A program made the position numbers and the translations under genes. Shown here piece by piece: positions 1-8,179 of a stretch of DNA of 29,051 bases (its first letter is position 1; every line of letters begins with the position of its first letter). The stretch spans positions 1 to 29,051 of the forward strand of contig JBIOXB010000060.1 of NCBI GenBank assembly GCA_044869275.1, written 5' to 3'. Source of the stretch: a bacterium (GTDB lineage Bacteria; Zhuqueibacterota; Zhuqueibacteria; Zhuqueibacterales; Zhuqueibacteraceae). The notes under the pieces were generated by a model. It was given only the letters and a program-made list of their open reading frames with translations, searched no databases and was not told where the DNA came from.

Positions 1-288
1 CCATCTCGAGGAGAAAAGCGCTCGCACCTTCGCCCATTGGGAAGGCACTGCCACAGGCTCCTTCTCCATCCGCTGGATGAGACGATGCCAGTAACCGTCC
101 CAGAATTGCTGCGGGATTTCCGGGCGCGCGGGCTTGCCCATCACGGCTAAAACCCCTTGCCACTCCGCCAGTTGCTCGCGGCAGGCGGCACAGGAGTGCA
201 AATGTGCCTCAAGCCGGCTCTGCTCATCAAAGCTCAAATCGCCGAACAGTTTTCCCGCCAGCAGCGGCTCGTATTTGGTGCAAGACAT
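1..288 (-). CDS. Zinc-binding anti-sigma factor (zf-HC2/ZAS), N-terminal part; runs off the window edge
   Basis: Manual translation (not in ORF track): MSCTKYEPLLAGKLFGDLSFDEQSRLEAHLHSCAACREQLAEW..., with an HxxxCxxC motif. GGAG lies 6 nt upstream of the ATG. Directly downstream of an ECF sigma. Confidence 0.9.
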   Translation of the reverse strand, partial: MSCTKYEPLLAGKLFGDLSFDEQSRLEAHLHSCAACREQLAEWQGVLAVMGKPARPEIPQQFWDGYWHRLIQRMEKEPVAVPSQWAKVRALFSSRW

Positions 289-313
289 GTCATACTCCAG
301 TAAAATCGAACTT

Positions 314-406
314 GCGGAGGGCATAGTGCAGAGGGCATGGCGCATAGCGCAAAGAAATATATTTTTATGACGAGACGCGCTATGCCCTCTGCTCCAAGCC
401 CTCTGC
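314..406. repeat. Imperfect palindrome built from 7-nt units
   Basis: Left arm GCGGAGG GCATAGT GCAGAGG GCATGGC GCATAGC GC; reverse complement of the right arm GCAGAGG GCTTGGA GCAGAGG GCATAGC GC; AT-rich spacer. Confidence 0.8.
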
Positions 407-409
407 TGC

Positions 410-1015
410 TCATCCCATCCCCAAATCCGCCTTATAAAATGCCAGATGCTCCTGCAGTTTTCGCAGCGCGCGAAAAAGCTGGCTTTTAACCGTGCCCTCG
501 GAAATTTTCAAAATCGCGCCGATTTGCTGCAGCGGCAAATCCTGGTCGTGCCGCAGCACGAAAATCGTGCGCTGCTGTTCCGAAAGCTTGTCCAGGGCCC
601 GGCGCAAATCCTGGCGCACGAATGCAGCCTGCGCCGCATGCTCGGGATTGTCTGCTTCTGCAGCCGCTTGCGCCGGATGCAAACCGTCTCCTTCAAAGCT
701 CTCCCGCAATTCCATTTCCGAAACCGCTTTTTTACGGCGCCGATTGAGCGCCAGGTTCACCACGATGCGATACAGCCATGAGCTGAGTTTTGCTTCACCG
801 CGAAAACTGCCAATGCTGCGATATACTTTTATGAAAGCTTCCTGGGAAAGGTCCTCGGCGTCCTGCACGTTGCCGGTCAAATCATAAGCCACGGCAAACA
901 CGCGCTGCTTCTGGCTCTCCACCAGCTCGCGAAAAGCGGAAACCTCGCCCGCTTGCAGACGCCGCACCAACTCCGATTCATTGCCGATCATGCACGACCC
1001 TTCCGGAACCATCAT
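410..1015 (-). CDS. ECF (sigma-70 group 4) RNA polymerase sigma factor
   Basis: Region 2 DAEDLSQEAFIKVY...SWLYRI; region 4 IGAILKISEGTVKSQLFRA. The true start may be the ATG at 991, which has GGAAGG upstream. Confidence 0.95.
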   Translation of the reverse strand: MMVPEGSCMIGNESELVRRLQAGEVSAFRELVESQKQRVFAVAYDLTGNVQDAEDLSQEAFIKVYRSIGSFRGEAKLSSWLYRIVVNLALNRRRKKAVSEMELRESFEGDGLHPAQAAAEADNPEHAAQAAFVRQDLRRALDKLSEQQRTIFVLRHDQDLPLQQIGAILKISEGTVKSQLFRALRKLQEHLAFYKADLGMG

Positions 1016-1059
1016 ACCGGCGAGCGCTCCTCTGGCCAGCGTGCTCGCTTTTCATGGGA

Positions 1060-1087
1060 TAGGACACGGGGAGCGGGAGAAAAGTTG
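1060..1087 (-). promoter_or_regulatory. Putative ECF-dependent (autoregulatory) promoter
   Basis: CAACTT-N16-GTCCTA upstream of the ECF gene, resembling the AAC...GTC ECF consensus. Confidence 0.5.
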
Positions 1088-1375
1088 GCGAGGACCATGA
1101 GGAAAACTTCACGCACCCCGGAAGTTTCCACCTAGAAAATACATTCGTTTTCGCGCATAAACATCCAGCGAATCCCGACTTTTTCGGGACTCAAACCGAC
1201 GAGAAAATCGCCCAGGGAAGTATTTCTTGAGTCCGATTCCGTGGGAGTTCGATTTCCGTGGGCGAAAAACTTGCTCTGTGCGCAAGGGTCTTCAGCGTTC
1301 AAGATTTATTTTAAGCGCAGCCTCGGTGATGCTGCTTCGCCCTGTCCACATACCGAAGCCTTGCTGCGCGCTCCC

Positions 1376-2167
1376 TCAAATCTTTCGCAGCCAGGCTTTG
1401 AGTATGCGATTCATCTCGTTGGGCTTTTCCAAGCTGGGCAGATGTCCGGCGCCTTCGATCAAATGCAGCTCCGCTCCCGAAATGTCGTGCGCCATTTTTT
1501 CGGATTCGGAATACGGAATGAGCGCGTCGGCGGTGCCGGCAATAATCAAGGTTGGAATATGGATCGAAGTGAGCACCTCTCGAGCATCCGCACGCATGGC
1601 CATGCCGCGCAATGCGCCGGTCAAACCCGGCATGGAAGTATTCGACATCGTGCGCTCGACTTCTGTTTGCAGGCCAGGGTTGGCCGCAATGGAAGCGGGT
1701 GCGATCATCTTGGGCAGCATTTTCGCAACCACGGGCACAGCGCTCTTTTCCATTTCAACCGTTTGCGCCAGAGCTTCGCGGCCAGCTTTGCCTTCCACAG
1801 AGTCTGCTGCCGCGCGCGTGCTGACCAGCACCAAACCTTTCACCCGCTCCGGGTATTTTCGCAAAAAAGCCATCGCCACATATCCGCCCATCGAATGTCC
1901 CGCGAGCACAGCCGGCCCGCATTTGAGATACTGCAGCAGCGCACATATGTCGTCCGCCAGAATTTCCATTGTATAAACGCCACCCGGCGCTTCGCTCGCG
2001 CCGTGGCCGCGCAAATCCGGCACAATCAGGTACGCTTCATCGCGCAGTGCTTCGACTTGCGACTGCCAAATTTTACGACTCAAGGGAAAGCCATGGATCA
2101 AAACTACTGGCAGGCCATCGCCGTGCACTTCATAGTGCAACTGCACCGCGTTTAAAAGGGTCTTCAT
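1376..2167 (-). CDS. Alpha/beta fold hydrolase
   Basis: HGFP oxyanion motif, DLRGHG, GHSMGG nucleophile elbow, GTAD acid, GAGH His. Confidence 0.93.
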   Translation of the reverse strand: MKTLLNAVQLHYEVHGDGLPVVLIHGFPLSRKIWQSQVEALRDEAYLIVPDLRGHGASEAPGGVYTMEILADDICALLQYLKCGPAVLAGHSMGGYVAMAFLRKYPERVKGLVLVSTRAAADSVEGKAGREALAQTVEMEKSAVPVVAKMLPKMIAPASIAANPGLQTEVERTMSNTSMPGLTGALRGMAMRADAREVLTSIHIPTLIIAGTADALIPYSESEKMAHDISGAELHLIEGAGHLPSLEKPNEMNRILKAWLRKI

Positions 2168-2170
2168 CGT

Positions 2171-3181
2171 CTACTCCGTTTCTTTCAATTTCATAAACAC
2201 CGGCTGCACCCAGGCGGCGAAGCCGCCGGAATCCACCACTTTCGCGCGCACGTATTTTTCATCCTGGTGTAATTCAAAAACCGCGGGGTTGTTTTCGGTT
2301 TGAAATAAAACCCGGCCACGCTCGCCCAGGAACAGTGTGCGGTATTTGAAATCGCCACGAAGGGAGATGCGAATTTCGAAACGGTTCTTGGTGACAATGA
2401 CGTCTTCCAAATCAACGCCGGTACTCGCGTAAAACAATCCCGCTTCGAGATGGTTGACGATCTCCATCGCATTTAATGTACGCGCCCTCACCACCACCCA
2501 GCCGCGTCCGGGATTGCTGCGCTCCGGCGCGAACTCGCCCTGAAAATGATGCGCATCATCCACGGCAATGCCGTAAATGCGCTTGCCTGCGGACAAAAGA
2601 TGATCCCACACTTGCTCCATGCCGGGCCAGCCGCCTCCGCCGAAATTGTTTACCAGCGGATGACCATTGAAAATCTCGAATAATTTGTCATTTCGAATTT
2701 GCAGCAACTCGCGGTGGTGGAACGCCCAACGAAAATTGGGGTGATTGATGTGCGGCACACCGTTCGCCTCGCGCACGGCATCGATGTTCCTCTGAATCGT
2801 GCCCACCAGTGTGGTGTCGCTTTGCGGGGGAACAACTCGGGGCAAGTTCAAGCCGTTCACGTGCACCGGCTTGTTTTCGAATTTCGCTGAGACTTCTTCG
2901 CCGGGGATGAGCAGAAAAGCGGAATCTTGCAGAGCAGCTAAAGTTGCGGGATCGACAAAAACATTGTGATCGGAAAGAACTAGGAATTGATAGCCACGAT
3001 CTTTGTACCAGCGCGCCACCACTTCCGGCGGCGAATCGCCGTCGCTCATCGTGGTGTGGGTGTGTGTATTGCCTTTGAACCAGCGCATGCCGGCGGTATT
3101 GGGTACTTCGAATTCAGCCGGACGGTGACAGGAAAGGAGAAACTGAAAACCCACAACAAGTACAAGGCGACGAAAGGGCAT
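2171..3181 (-). CDS. PHP-domain (CehA/McbA-like) metallohydrolase, probable lipoprotein
   Basis: KGNTHTHT..SDG, SDHN, PGEE, HINHP and DDAH metal-binding motifs; LLSC lipobox after a hydrophobic N-terminus. Confidence 0.88.
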   Translation of the reverse strand: MPFRRLVLVVGFQFLLSCHRPAEFEVPNTAGMRWFKGNTHTHTTMSDGDSPPEVVARWYKDRGYQFLVLSDHNVFVDPATLAALQDSAFLLIPGEEVSAKFENKPVHVNGLNLPRVVPPQSDTTLVGTIQRNIDAVREANGVPHINHPNFRWAFHHRELLQIRNDKLFEIFNGHPLVNNFGGGGWPGMEQVWDHLLSAGKRIYGIAVDDAHHFQGEFAPERSNPGRGWVVVRARTLNAMEIVNHLEAGLFYASTGVDLEDVIVTKNRFEIRISLRGDFKYRTLFLGERGRVLFQTENNPAVFELHQDEKYVRAKVVDSGGFAAWVQPVFMKLKETE

Positions 3182-3230
3182 GGCTATCTTTCTATTGCTC
3201 TTTGTTCATCGTGCTTTCTTGTCATTTTCT

Positions 3231-3320
3231 GAACACGGATCGTACGGATGGCAAGGATTTACACAGACAAAGCCAAAAGGAAATCCGTGAGAGTCCGTTT
3301 CATCCGCGTCATCCGTGTTC
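3231..3320. repeat. MITE-like palindrome with ~9-nt periodic CGGAT/ATCCG units
   Basis: Perfect terminal inverted repeat GAACACGGAT (3231-3240) / ATCCGTGTTC (3311-3320). A related right arm occurs at 25340-25378. Confidence 0.85.
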
Positions 3321-3336
3321 TACAGCTTTTGAGTGC

Positions 3337-3365
3337 GTAGAGACGTCCCGGCGGGACGTCTCTAT
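3337..3365. repeat. GTAG-type REP palindrome
   Basis: GTAGAGACGTCCCG-G-CGGGACGTCTCTAT: 13-bp perfect arms with a 5' GTAG, typical of REPs associated with RAYT transposases. Confidence 0.85.
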
Positions 3366-3465
3366 ATATTTTTGGAATTGTGCCCAGTACTTGGGAGGAT
3401 TCTTACAGAATGACAGAGTCGCAATTGTGCAAAGGCGTATGAAAGTTGCCATCTGCTCACTCAAA

Positions 3466-5706
3466 TCAAAACTCACCCGAAATCGAAAACGAAACATTGC
3501 GTATCTCCTCCAAATTCTGCTCAACGATGGTGTAGTTGTAATTGCTCGCATTCTTCGTTTGCAGCAGGAAGGAGAATTGCCGCCATTGATAGCGCGCGCG
3601 CAGGTTGACGACTTTCATCGGCACACGTTCATAATTTGGAAAAAAAGAAACACGCTCGGCGCGCGAGGAATGGCGATAGTCGCCCTCGAGAGTGACCGGG
3701 CCCAGGCGCAATGCCGGCGAGATCAATCCAATAAAGCGCGGGCGATACGGCAGAGGATCGTCTTTTTTGATGTGGCAATCCGGATCATCCTCCAGGCTGC
3801 GCGCCTCCATCCAGGTGCCGTTCGCCAAGATCGATAAATGGTTTTTCCACACGCTGAATCTCACCTCGGACTCAATGCCCTGAATGCGGGATTTGGCGCA
3901 ATTGCGCAGTTGAAAACTCAGACTGCCGGGGTCGGTTTGAATCAATGAGATTTCATCGGTGTATTCGTTCGAGAAAGCCGTGACTTCTGCGGAGATATTT
4001 TCGCCGAAGCGCTGGCGCAAACCGATATCGAACAAGGTCGAGCGTTCCGGCCGCAGGCCCGGATTGTTTTCCAACTGCACATTATCATCCGCCTCGCTGG
4101 CGCTGAAGCGCTCGGCAATGCTCGGCGCGCGAAAGCCGCGGCCGAAAGAAGAATGCAAAATCGTGCCGGCCAGAGGTCTATAGCTCCAGCCGAATTTGGG
4201 ACTGAGCTGAGTCTCGGCGGAATCGCCCACGAGAAAATAGGTGTCATAACGCAGGCCGGCGTTGAGCTGCCAGAGGCTCGACACGGTCCACGTTTCCTGG
4301 ACATAAGGCGAAATCGCATCGCCGCGGTGCTTGCCGTAATACTTCGCTTCGACTTCATCGCGTTTATAATCGAGGCCGGCGGTGAGATGGTGATTGATAT
4401 GCGGCAGCCAATTGGCCTGCACTTCTCCACCCAGACCCAGCGCAGGCTCAAAATTATTCGAAAGATTGAAGGGCAGACCGATCAATTGCGCGTTGAAGGA
4501 AAGCCGCGTCTTCATCGATAACACCGGTGAGAAAAGCTTGTTGTAAATCAAATAGGCAAAGCCGCCATCGACATCGACGCGATCGGTCAACGTGGTTTCC
4601 AGCGCGTTGTTTTGGTCCTGCCAAAGCAAAAAGAGCCCGCGCGCATCACGGCTGTAAGCGGCAGAAAAAACCAAATTGGAATTATCTTTGAAAAGGATCG
4701 TGCTTTTGCCGGTGAAATACCAGCGCTGAAAATCGCCGTTTTCACGGTCACTGGTGGAAGTATGGCGCGAGGCGGCCAAACGCAATCCTACCGGACCGAA
4801 AGTTTGGCTATAACTCACATCCGTGCGTAGGTAGTGCAAGTTGCGGCCGGTCCATTGCCATTCGGGCACGGACGGCTCGGTGTACACTCCGGCATTTTGC
4901 CGGAAGGAAAATGCCGGTTTTATGCTGGCCGGCCGGGTGATGATATTCACGATGCCGCTGATGCCGCCTGAGCCGTACAGCACCGAACCCGCACCTTTCA
5001 AGACTTCCACGCGCTCGACTTCAGACACGGGCAGAATATCCCAATTCGCGCGGCCGAGATCGCTGGTCAGCACGGGTACTTCATCGATCAGCATCAACAC
5101 GCGGCTGCCGCCCAAGCCCAACAGGCTGAAGCCCTGGCCGCCGCGGATGTTGACATTCTCGCCCACTTGCGTGACGCCGGGAACGGTTTGCAGGGTTTCG
5201 TCAATGCGCATGCGATCGCGCTGGCGAATTTCGGAGGCGGAGACGACGTTCACACTGTTGGCCGCACGATTGAGATCTTCCGCCTGCCGCGAGCCGGTGA
5301 CGACCACTTGATCGAACGTGATGGGCGAGGGGCGCAAGGCAAAATTGATCCTGGCGACGGAATCCTTTGACACCTGCACCGAAGATTGCGCCGTCGTATA
5401 TCCGACGAAAGAAGATCTTAAATCATGCATGCCCACCGGCACACGCGTGATGCGATAATTGCCGCGAGCGTCCGCGCTGGCCCCCAACAACGTGTGTACG
5501 ACCGAAACGTTTGCGCCCGGCAGACCCTGGCCGTTTTCCACGTCGGTGATCTGGCCGGTGATCGTACCGTAATCCTGTGCTCGCGCACTGCCGAGGCCTG
5601 CAACCACCAACAAAAAGATGACAACACCTTTTTTCAAAGTGATTTCTGTATCTTGGCTGCTTGACGTGCGTGGCTTCCTTTGCATGAATGAAAACGCTCT
5701 CCTCAT
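3466..5706 (-). CDS. TonB-dependent outer-membrane receptor with N-terminal carboxypeptidase-regulatory-like domain
   Basis: Signal peptide ending ARAQ; GTITGQITD..GLPGANV domain; VVVTGSR; plug motif ERVEVLKGAGSVLYGSGG; LENNPGLRPERS; C-terminal Phe. The start overlaps the upstream stop (TAATG); the exact start is uncertain. Confidence 0.95.
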   Translation of the reverse strand: MRRAFSFMQRKPRTSSSQDTEITLKKGVVIFLLVVAGLGSARAQDYGTITGQITDVENGQGLPGANVSVVHTLLGASADARGNYRITRVPVGMHDLRSSFVGYTTAQSSVQVSKDSVARINFALRPSPITFDQVVVTGSRQAEDLNRAANSVNVVSASEIRQRDRMRIDETLQTVPGVTQVGENVNIRGGQGFSLLGLGGSRVLMLIDEVPVLTSDLGRANWDILPVSEVERVEVLKGAGSVLYGSGGISGIVNIITRPASIKPAFSFRQNAGVYTEPSVPEWQWTGRNLHYLRTDVSYSQTFGPVGLRLAASRHTSTSDRENGDFQRWYFTGKSTILFKDNSNLVFSAAYSRDARGLFLLWQDQNNALETTLTDRVDVDGGFAYLIYNKLFSPVLSMKTRLSFNAQLIGLPFNLSNNFEPALGLGGEVQANWLPHINHHLTAGLDYKRDEVEAKYYGKHRGDAISPYVQETWTVSSLWQLNAGLRYDTYFLVGDSAETQLSPKFGWSYRPLAGTILHSSFGRGFRAPSIAERFSASEADDNVQLENNPGLRPERSTLFDIGLRQRFGENISAEVTAFSNEYTDEISLIQTDPGSLSFQLRNCAKSRIQGIESEVRFSVWKNHLSILANGTWMEARSLEDDPDCHIKKDDPLPYRPRFIGLISPALRLGPVTLEGDYRHSSRAERVSFFPNYERVPMKVVNLRARYQWRQFSFLLQTKNASNYNYTIVEQNLEEIRNVSFSISGEF

Positions 5707-6560
5707 TATCTTCCTCCCCCGATCTTTACGCCGTCCGGCAGCGTGTTGAAGTCCGCGACAAAATCAATGCCAGTGATGCGGCCCTCCGGGGGCAAAGTGA
5801 AACTTCCCGGCTGGGCCGGATCATTCGGCGTGGGATAAAATCCAATGCAGCGCAACTCGTCCCAACCGGAGCTTTGATCTTTCCAAAAGAGCCCGATGAA
5901 TTTGTATGTGCCATTCCGCACCGCCATTTCGTAATGATACGAGGGCACGTTTTTCGGCAAGGTAAAATTGATGCCGCCAATAAAGCCGAGTGCGGGCAGC
6001 AAATTCTGTAAATCGGGTATTTCATTGAAACCTCCCAGCACCACGATATCCGTGTTCGCCGGCCATGTGCCGGCATAGGTGAGCTCGCCCTCCACCCGCG
6101 CATCGAATTGGGCAAAGTTCCACAACGCGGGTATGTCGATGTTCGAGGCCACCGGTTCCGCTTCGGACAAAATCACGCCCTGCAAGCTGGCTTCGAACGG
6201 CGGCCGGAAGCCGTAAAAGCCTAACAAGCTCTCCAGCGCCCAATCTTTGCCGCGGGGTTTCCACAACACCGCGAGCGCGGGATATTCGCCGTACGGCAAA
6301 ATAATCTCATAATCTGCCGTGTCTACACCAAAATTCACGGCGTTGCTGAAAAAAATGTCCGCCACGCCCGTCGGCGGAAATTGCGCGGCGGCAACGACGC
6401 GAACTTCTTCAACATTATCGGGCCGGAATTCCGGGCCAAAAAAGACCACGTGCCCGATGACCTTGGACGGCGACAATCCCAGACCGTGATCGATTTCACA
6501 AGCTTGAAATAAAAAGGCGGATGAAATGGCAGCGAAGATGAGCGAAATGGTTTTGCACAT
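5706..6560 (-). CDS. Hypothetical lipoprotein with two tandem homologous domains
   Basis: Lipobox LFQAC; internal duplication visible (see findings); translationally coupled to the receptor gene. Confidence 0.85.
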   Translation of the reverse strand: MCKTISLIFAAISSAFLFQACEIDHGLGLSPSKVIGHVVFFGPEFRPDNVEEVRVVAAAQFPPTGVADIFFSNAVNFGVDTADYEIILPYGEYPALAVLWKPRGKDWALESLLGFYGFRPPFEASLQGVILSEAEPVASNIDIPALWNFAQFDARVEGELTYAGTWPANTDIVVLGGFNEIPDLQNLLPALGFIGGINFTLPKNVPSYHYEMAVRNGTYKFIGLFWKDQSSGWDELRCIGFYPTPNDPAQPGSFTLPPEGRITGIDFVADFNTLPDGVKIGGGR

Positions 6561-6809
6561 AGGAGGTGATCATTGGTTAATAATTCGATTTGGTCAACAC
6601 AGCAATACAGACCTTCACAAAGGCTCAATGGCATGAATGTCCGAAGCATGACGCCTTTCTTGGAACTCAAGCAGAGGCAACAACAATGGTTCTGACCTAT
6701 GCCAATACCTTGGCAAGGGTCATGGGCGGTGAATCTTTCACGGTGGAAGGTGTATGAACGTGAAAAGGGAAGGTGGCAAGAATGGTCTTTTCTCCGTTTC
6801 TCTTCGTCA

Positions 6810-6838
6810 AAGATACCGTGCTCTGGTCTAAAAGTCAA
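6810..6838 (-). promoter_or_regulatory. Sigma-70 promoter of the lipoprotein-receptor operon
   Basis: TTGACT-N17-TATCTT. Confidence 0.65.
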
Positions 6839-6846
6839 TACGCACT

Positions 6847-6875
6847 GTAGGGCGTAGCAATGTTGTCTCATTGCT
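6847..6875. repeat. Degenerate GTAG-type REP/hairpin at the 3' end of the amidohydrolase gene
   Basis: GTAGGGCGT followed by the hairpin AGCAATG-ttgtct-CATTGCT. Confidence 0.5.
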
Positions 6876-6876
6876 T

Positions 6877-8049
6877 TTAAGAATTCTCCTGCAAAAAACG
6901 CACGGCCACGCCTGCCATCATGCTGATGCCAATGGCGAGCGCCTCGTCGTTAAAATTGAAATAGTCGGAATGCAACGGCGGGTTCGGCCCCACGCCCAGG
7001 CGGAACATGGCGCCGGAGTATTTTTGCAGATAATAGGCAAAATCTTCCCCCCCCATGCTCGGTTCTTGCAGCTCGAGTACGTTTTCCTTGCCCACCACTT
7101 CTGCCCCCACTTTGGCAACCAGATTGACCAAATGCTCGGTGTTGTGCAACGAGGGATAACCTTTCTCGATGTCGATTTGTGCCGATCCGCCAAAAGTTTT
7201 CGCGACGCTTTGCACGACTTCCACGATGCGGCGCACCATGCGCTCGCGCGTTTCGGTTTGAATGGTACGAATGGTGCCGGTCATTTCCACTTGCGCGGGA
7301 ATGACATTATCCGCCGTGCCGCCGTGAATGGTGGCAATGGTGATCACGGCCGGATCCGCGCCGTGGCGCTCGCGCGTCACCAGGCTTTGCGCCGCGTTGA
7401 TGATTTGCGCGGAAATCCACACCGGGTCGACGGCCGCGAGCGGATGTGCCGCATGCCCGGATTTGCCGTGTACGATGATCTTAAAATCATCGATGGCGGA
7501 CATCATCGCGCCGTAGCGAATGCCGACGGTGCCGGTGGGGATATACGGCCAGGCATGCAAGGCGAAGAATGCTCGAATCGGAAGGTTGGCGAGAAAGTCC
7601 GTGGCGAGCAGTTGCCGGCCGCCGCCGCCGTCTTCTTCCGCGGGTTGAAAGACGCAGGCAATGGAGCCGGGAAGCTCCTGGCGCAGTTGCGACAACACCC
7701 ACGCCGCGCCCATGAGATTCGCCGTGTGGCCATCGTGTCCGCAGGCATGCATCACGCCGTGGTTCTGCGAGCGATAGGGAATGTCGCTCTGTTCCGCGAT
7801 GGGCAATGCGTCAATATCCGCACGCAAACCAACCATCGGATCGTTCTTGCGGCCGGGAATGAGTGCGAGTGTGCCGTAAATCCCGTCGGCCGCGCGGAAT
7901 TCGATGCCATGCTCCGCCAGCCAGCGGCGAATGAAATTCGCCGATTCTTTTTCTTGCCAGCTCAACTCCGGATGCTGGTGCAAGTGCCGGCGCACGCGGG
8001 TGATTTCAGGGGAGATTTGTTGGGCGAGTTGCTGGATTCGAGGCTGCAT
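6877..8049 (-). CDS. M20D family amidohydrolase (hippurate hydrolase / N-acyl-amino acid amidohydrolase-like)
   Basis: RRHLHQHPELS, LRADIDALP, MHACGHDGH, FQPAEE, GEDFAYY, LHS motifs. Confidence 0.95.
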   Translation of the reverse strand: MQPRIQQLAQQISPEITRVRRHLHQHPELSWQEKESANFIRRWLAEHGIEFRAADGIYGTLALIPGRKNDPMVGLRADIDALPIAEQSDIPYRSQNHGVMHACGHDGHTANLMGAAWVLSQLRQELPGSIACVFQPAEEDGGGGRQLLATDFLANLPIRAFFALHAWPYIPTGTVGIRYGAMMSAIDDFKIIVHGKSGHAAHPLAAVDPVWISAQIINAAQSLVTRERHGADPAVITIATIHGGTADNVIPAQVEMTGTIRTIQTETRERMVRRIVEVVQSVAKTFGGSAQIDIEKGYPSLHNTEHLVNLVAKVGAEVVGKENVLELQEPSMGGEDFAYYLQKYSGAMFRLGVGPNPPLHSDYFNFNDEALAIGISMMAGVAVRFLQENS

Positions 8050-8179
8050 TCCAATCCTTATTGCAGGTGTCGCATGGAGGCGTGTTTGACCGTGAAATTC
8101 GTATCCTCGGGAATATCGCCTAAACGGGCGAAGTTTTCAACCATTTATTTTACGGGGGCGCGAGGCTGCTCGTGACGAA

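Noticed and set aside
134..370. 78-aa plus-strand ORF
   Set aside because: Shadow of the anti-sigma gene and the heptamer repeat.
1173..1369. Hairpins TCCCGA/TCGGGA (about 1173-1189) and GCGCAGC...GCTGCGC (about 1315-1369)
   Set aside because: Single copies with no clear U-tract; cannot be assigned as terminator, repeat or RNA gene.
3231..3320. Periodic repeats considered as a CRISPR array
   Set aside because: Units are 7-10 nt, degenerate and inverted, with no unique spacers and no cas genes.
3202..3837. ORFs crossing the repeat-rich gap (3202-3837 +, 3309-3551 -)
   Set aside because: They translate palindromic repeats and overlap the TonB receptor gene; no protein-like features.
6561..6805. 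Cobalamin or TPP riboswitch before the TonB operon
   Set aside because: No B12-box or TPP CUGAGA hallmark visible; kept only as an unknown structured leader.
6335..6871. 178-aa Cys-rich minus-strand ORF over the leader
   Set aside because: Overlaps the lipoprotein gene out of frame, starts upstream of the predicted promoter within a REP-like hairpin, and has no recognisable motif.
6871..8175. 434-aa plus-strand ORF, and similar long ORFs at 11834-13171, 13456-14652 and 27318-28784
   Set aside because: Antisense shadows of well-supported minus-strand genes, expected with GC-rich codon usage.
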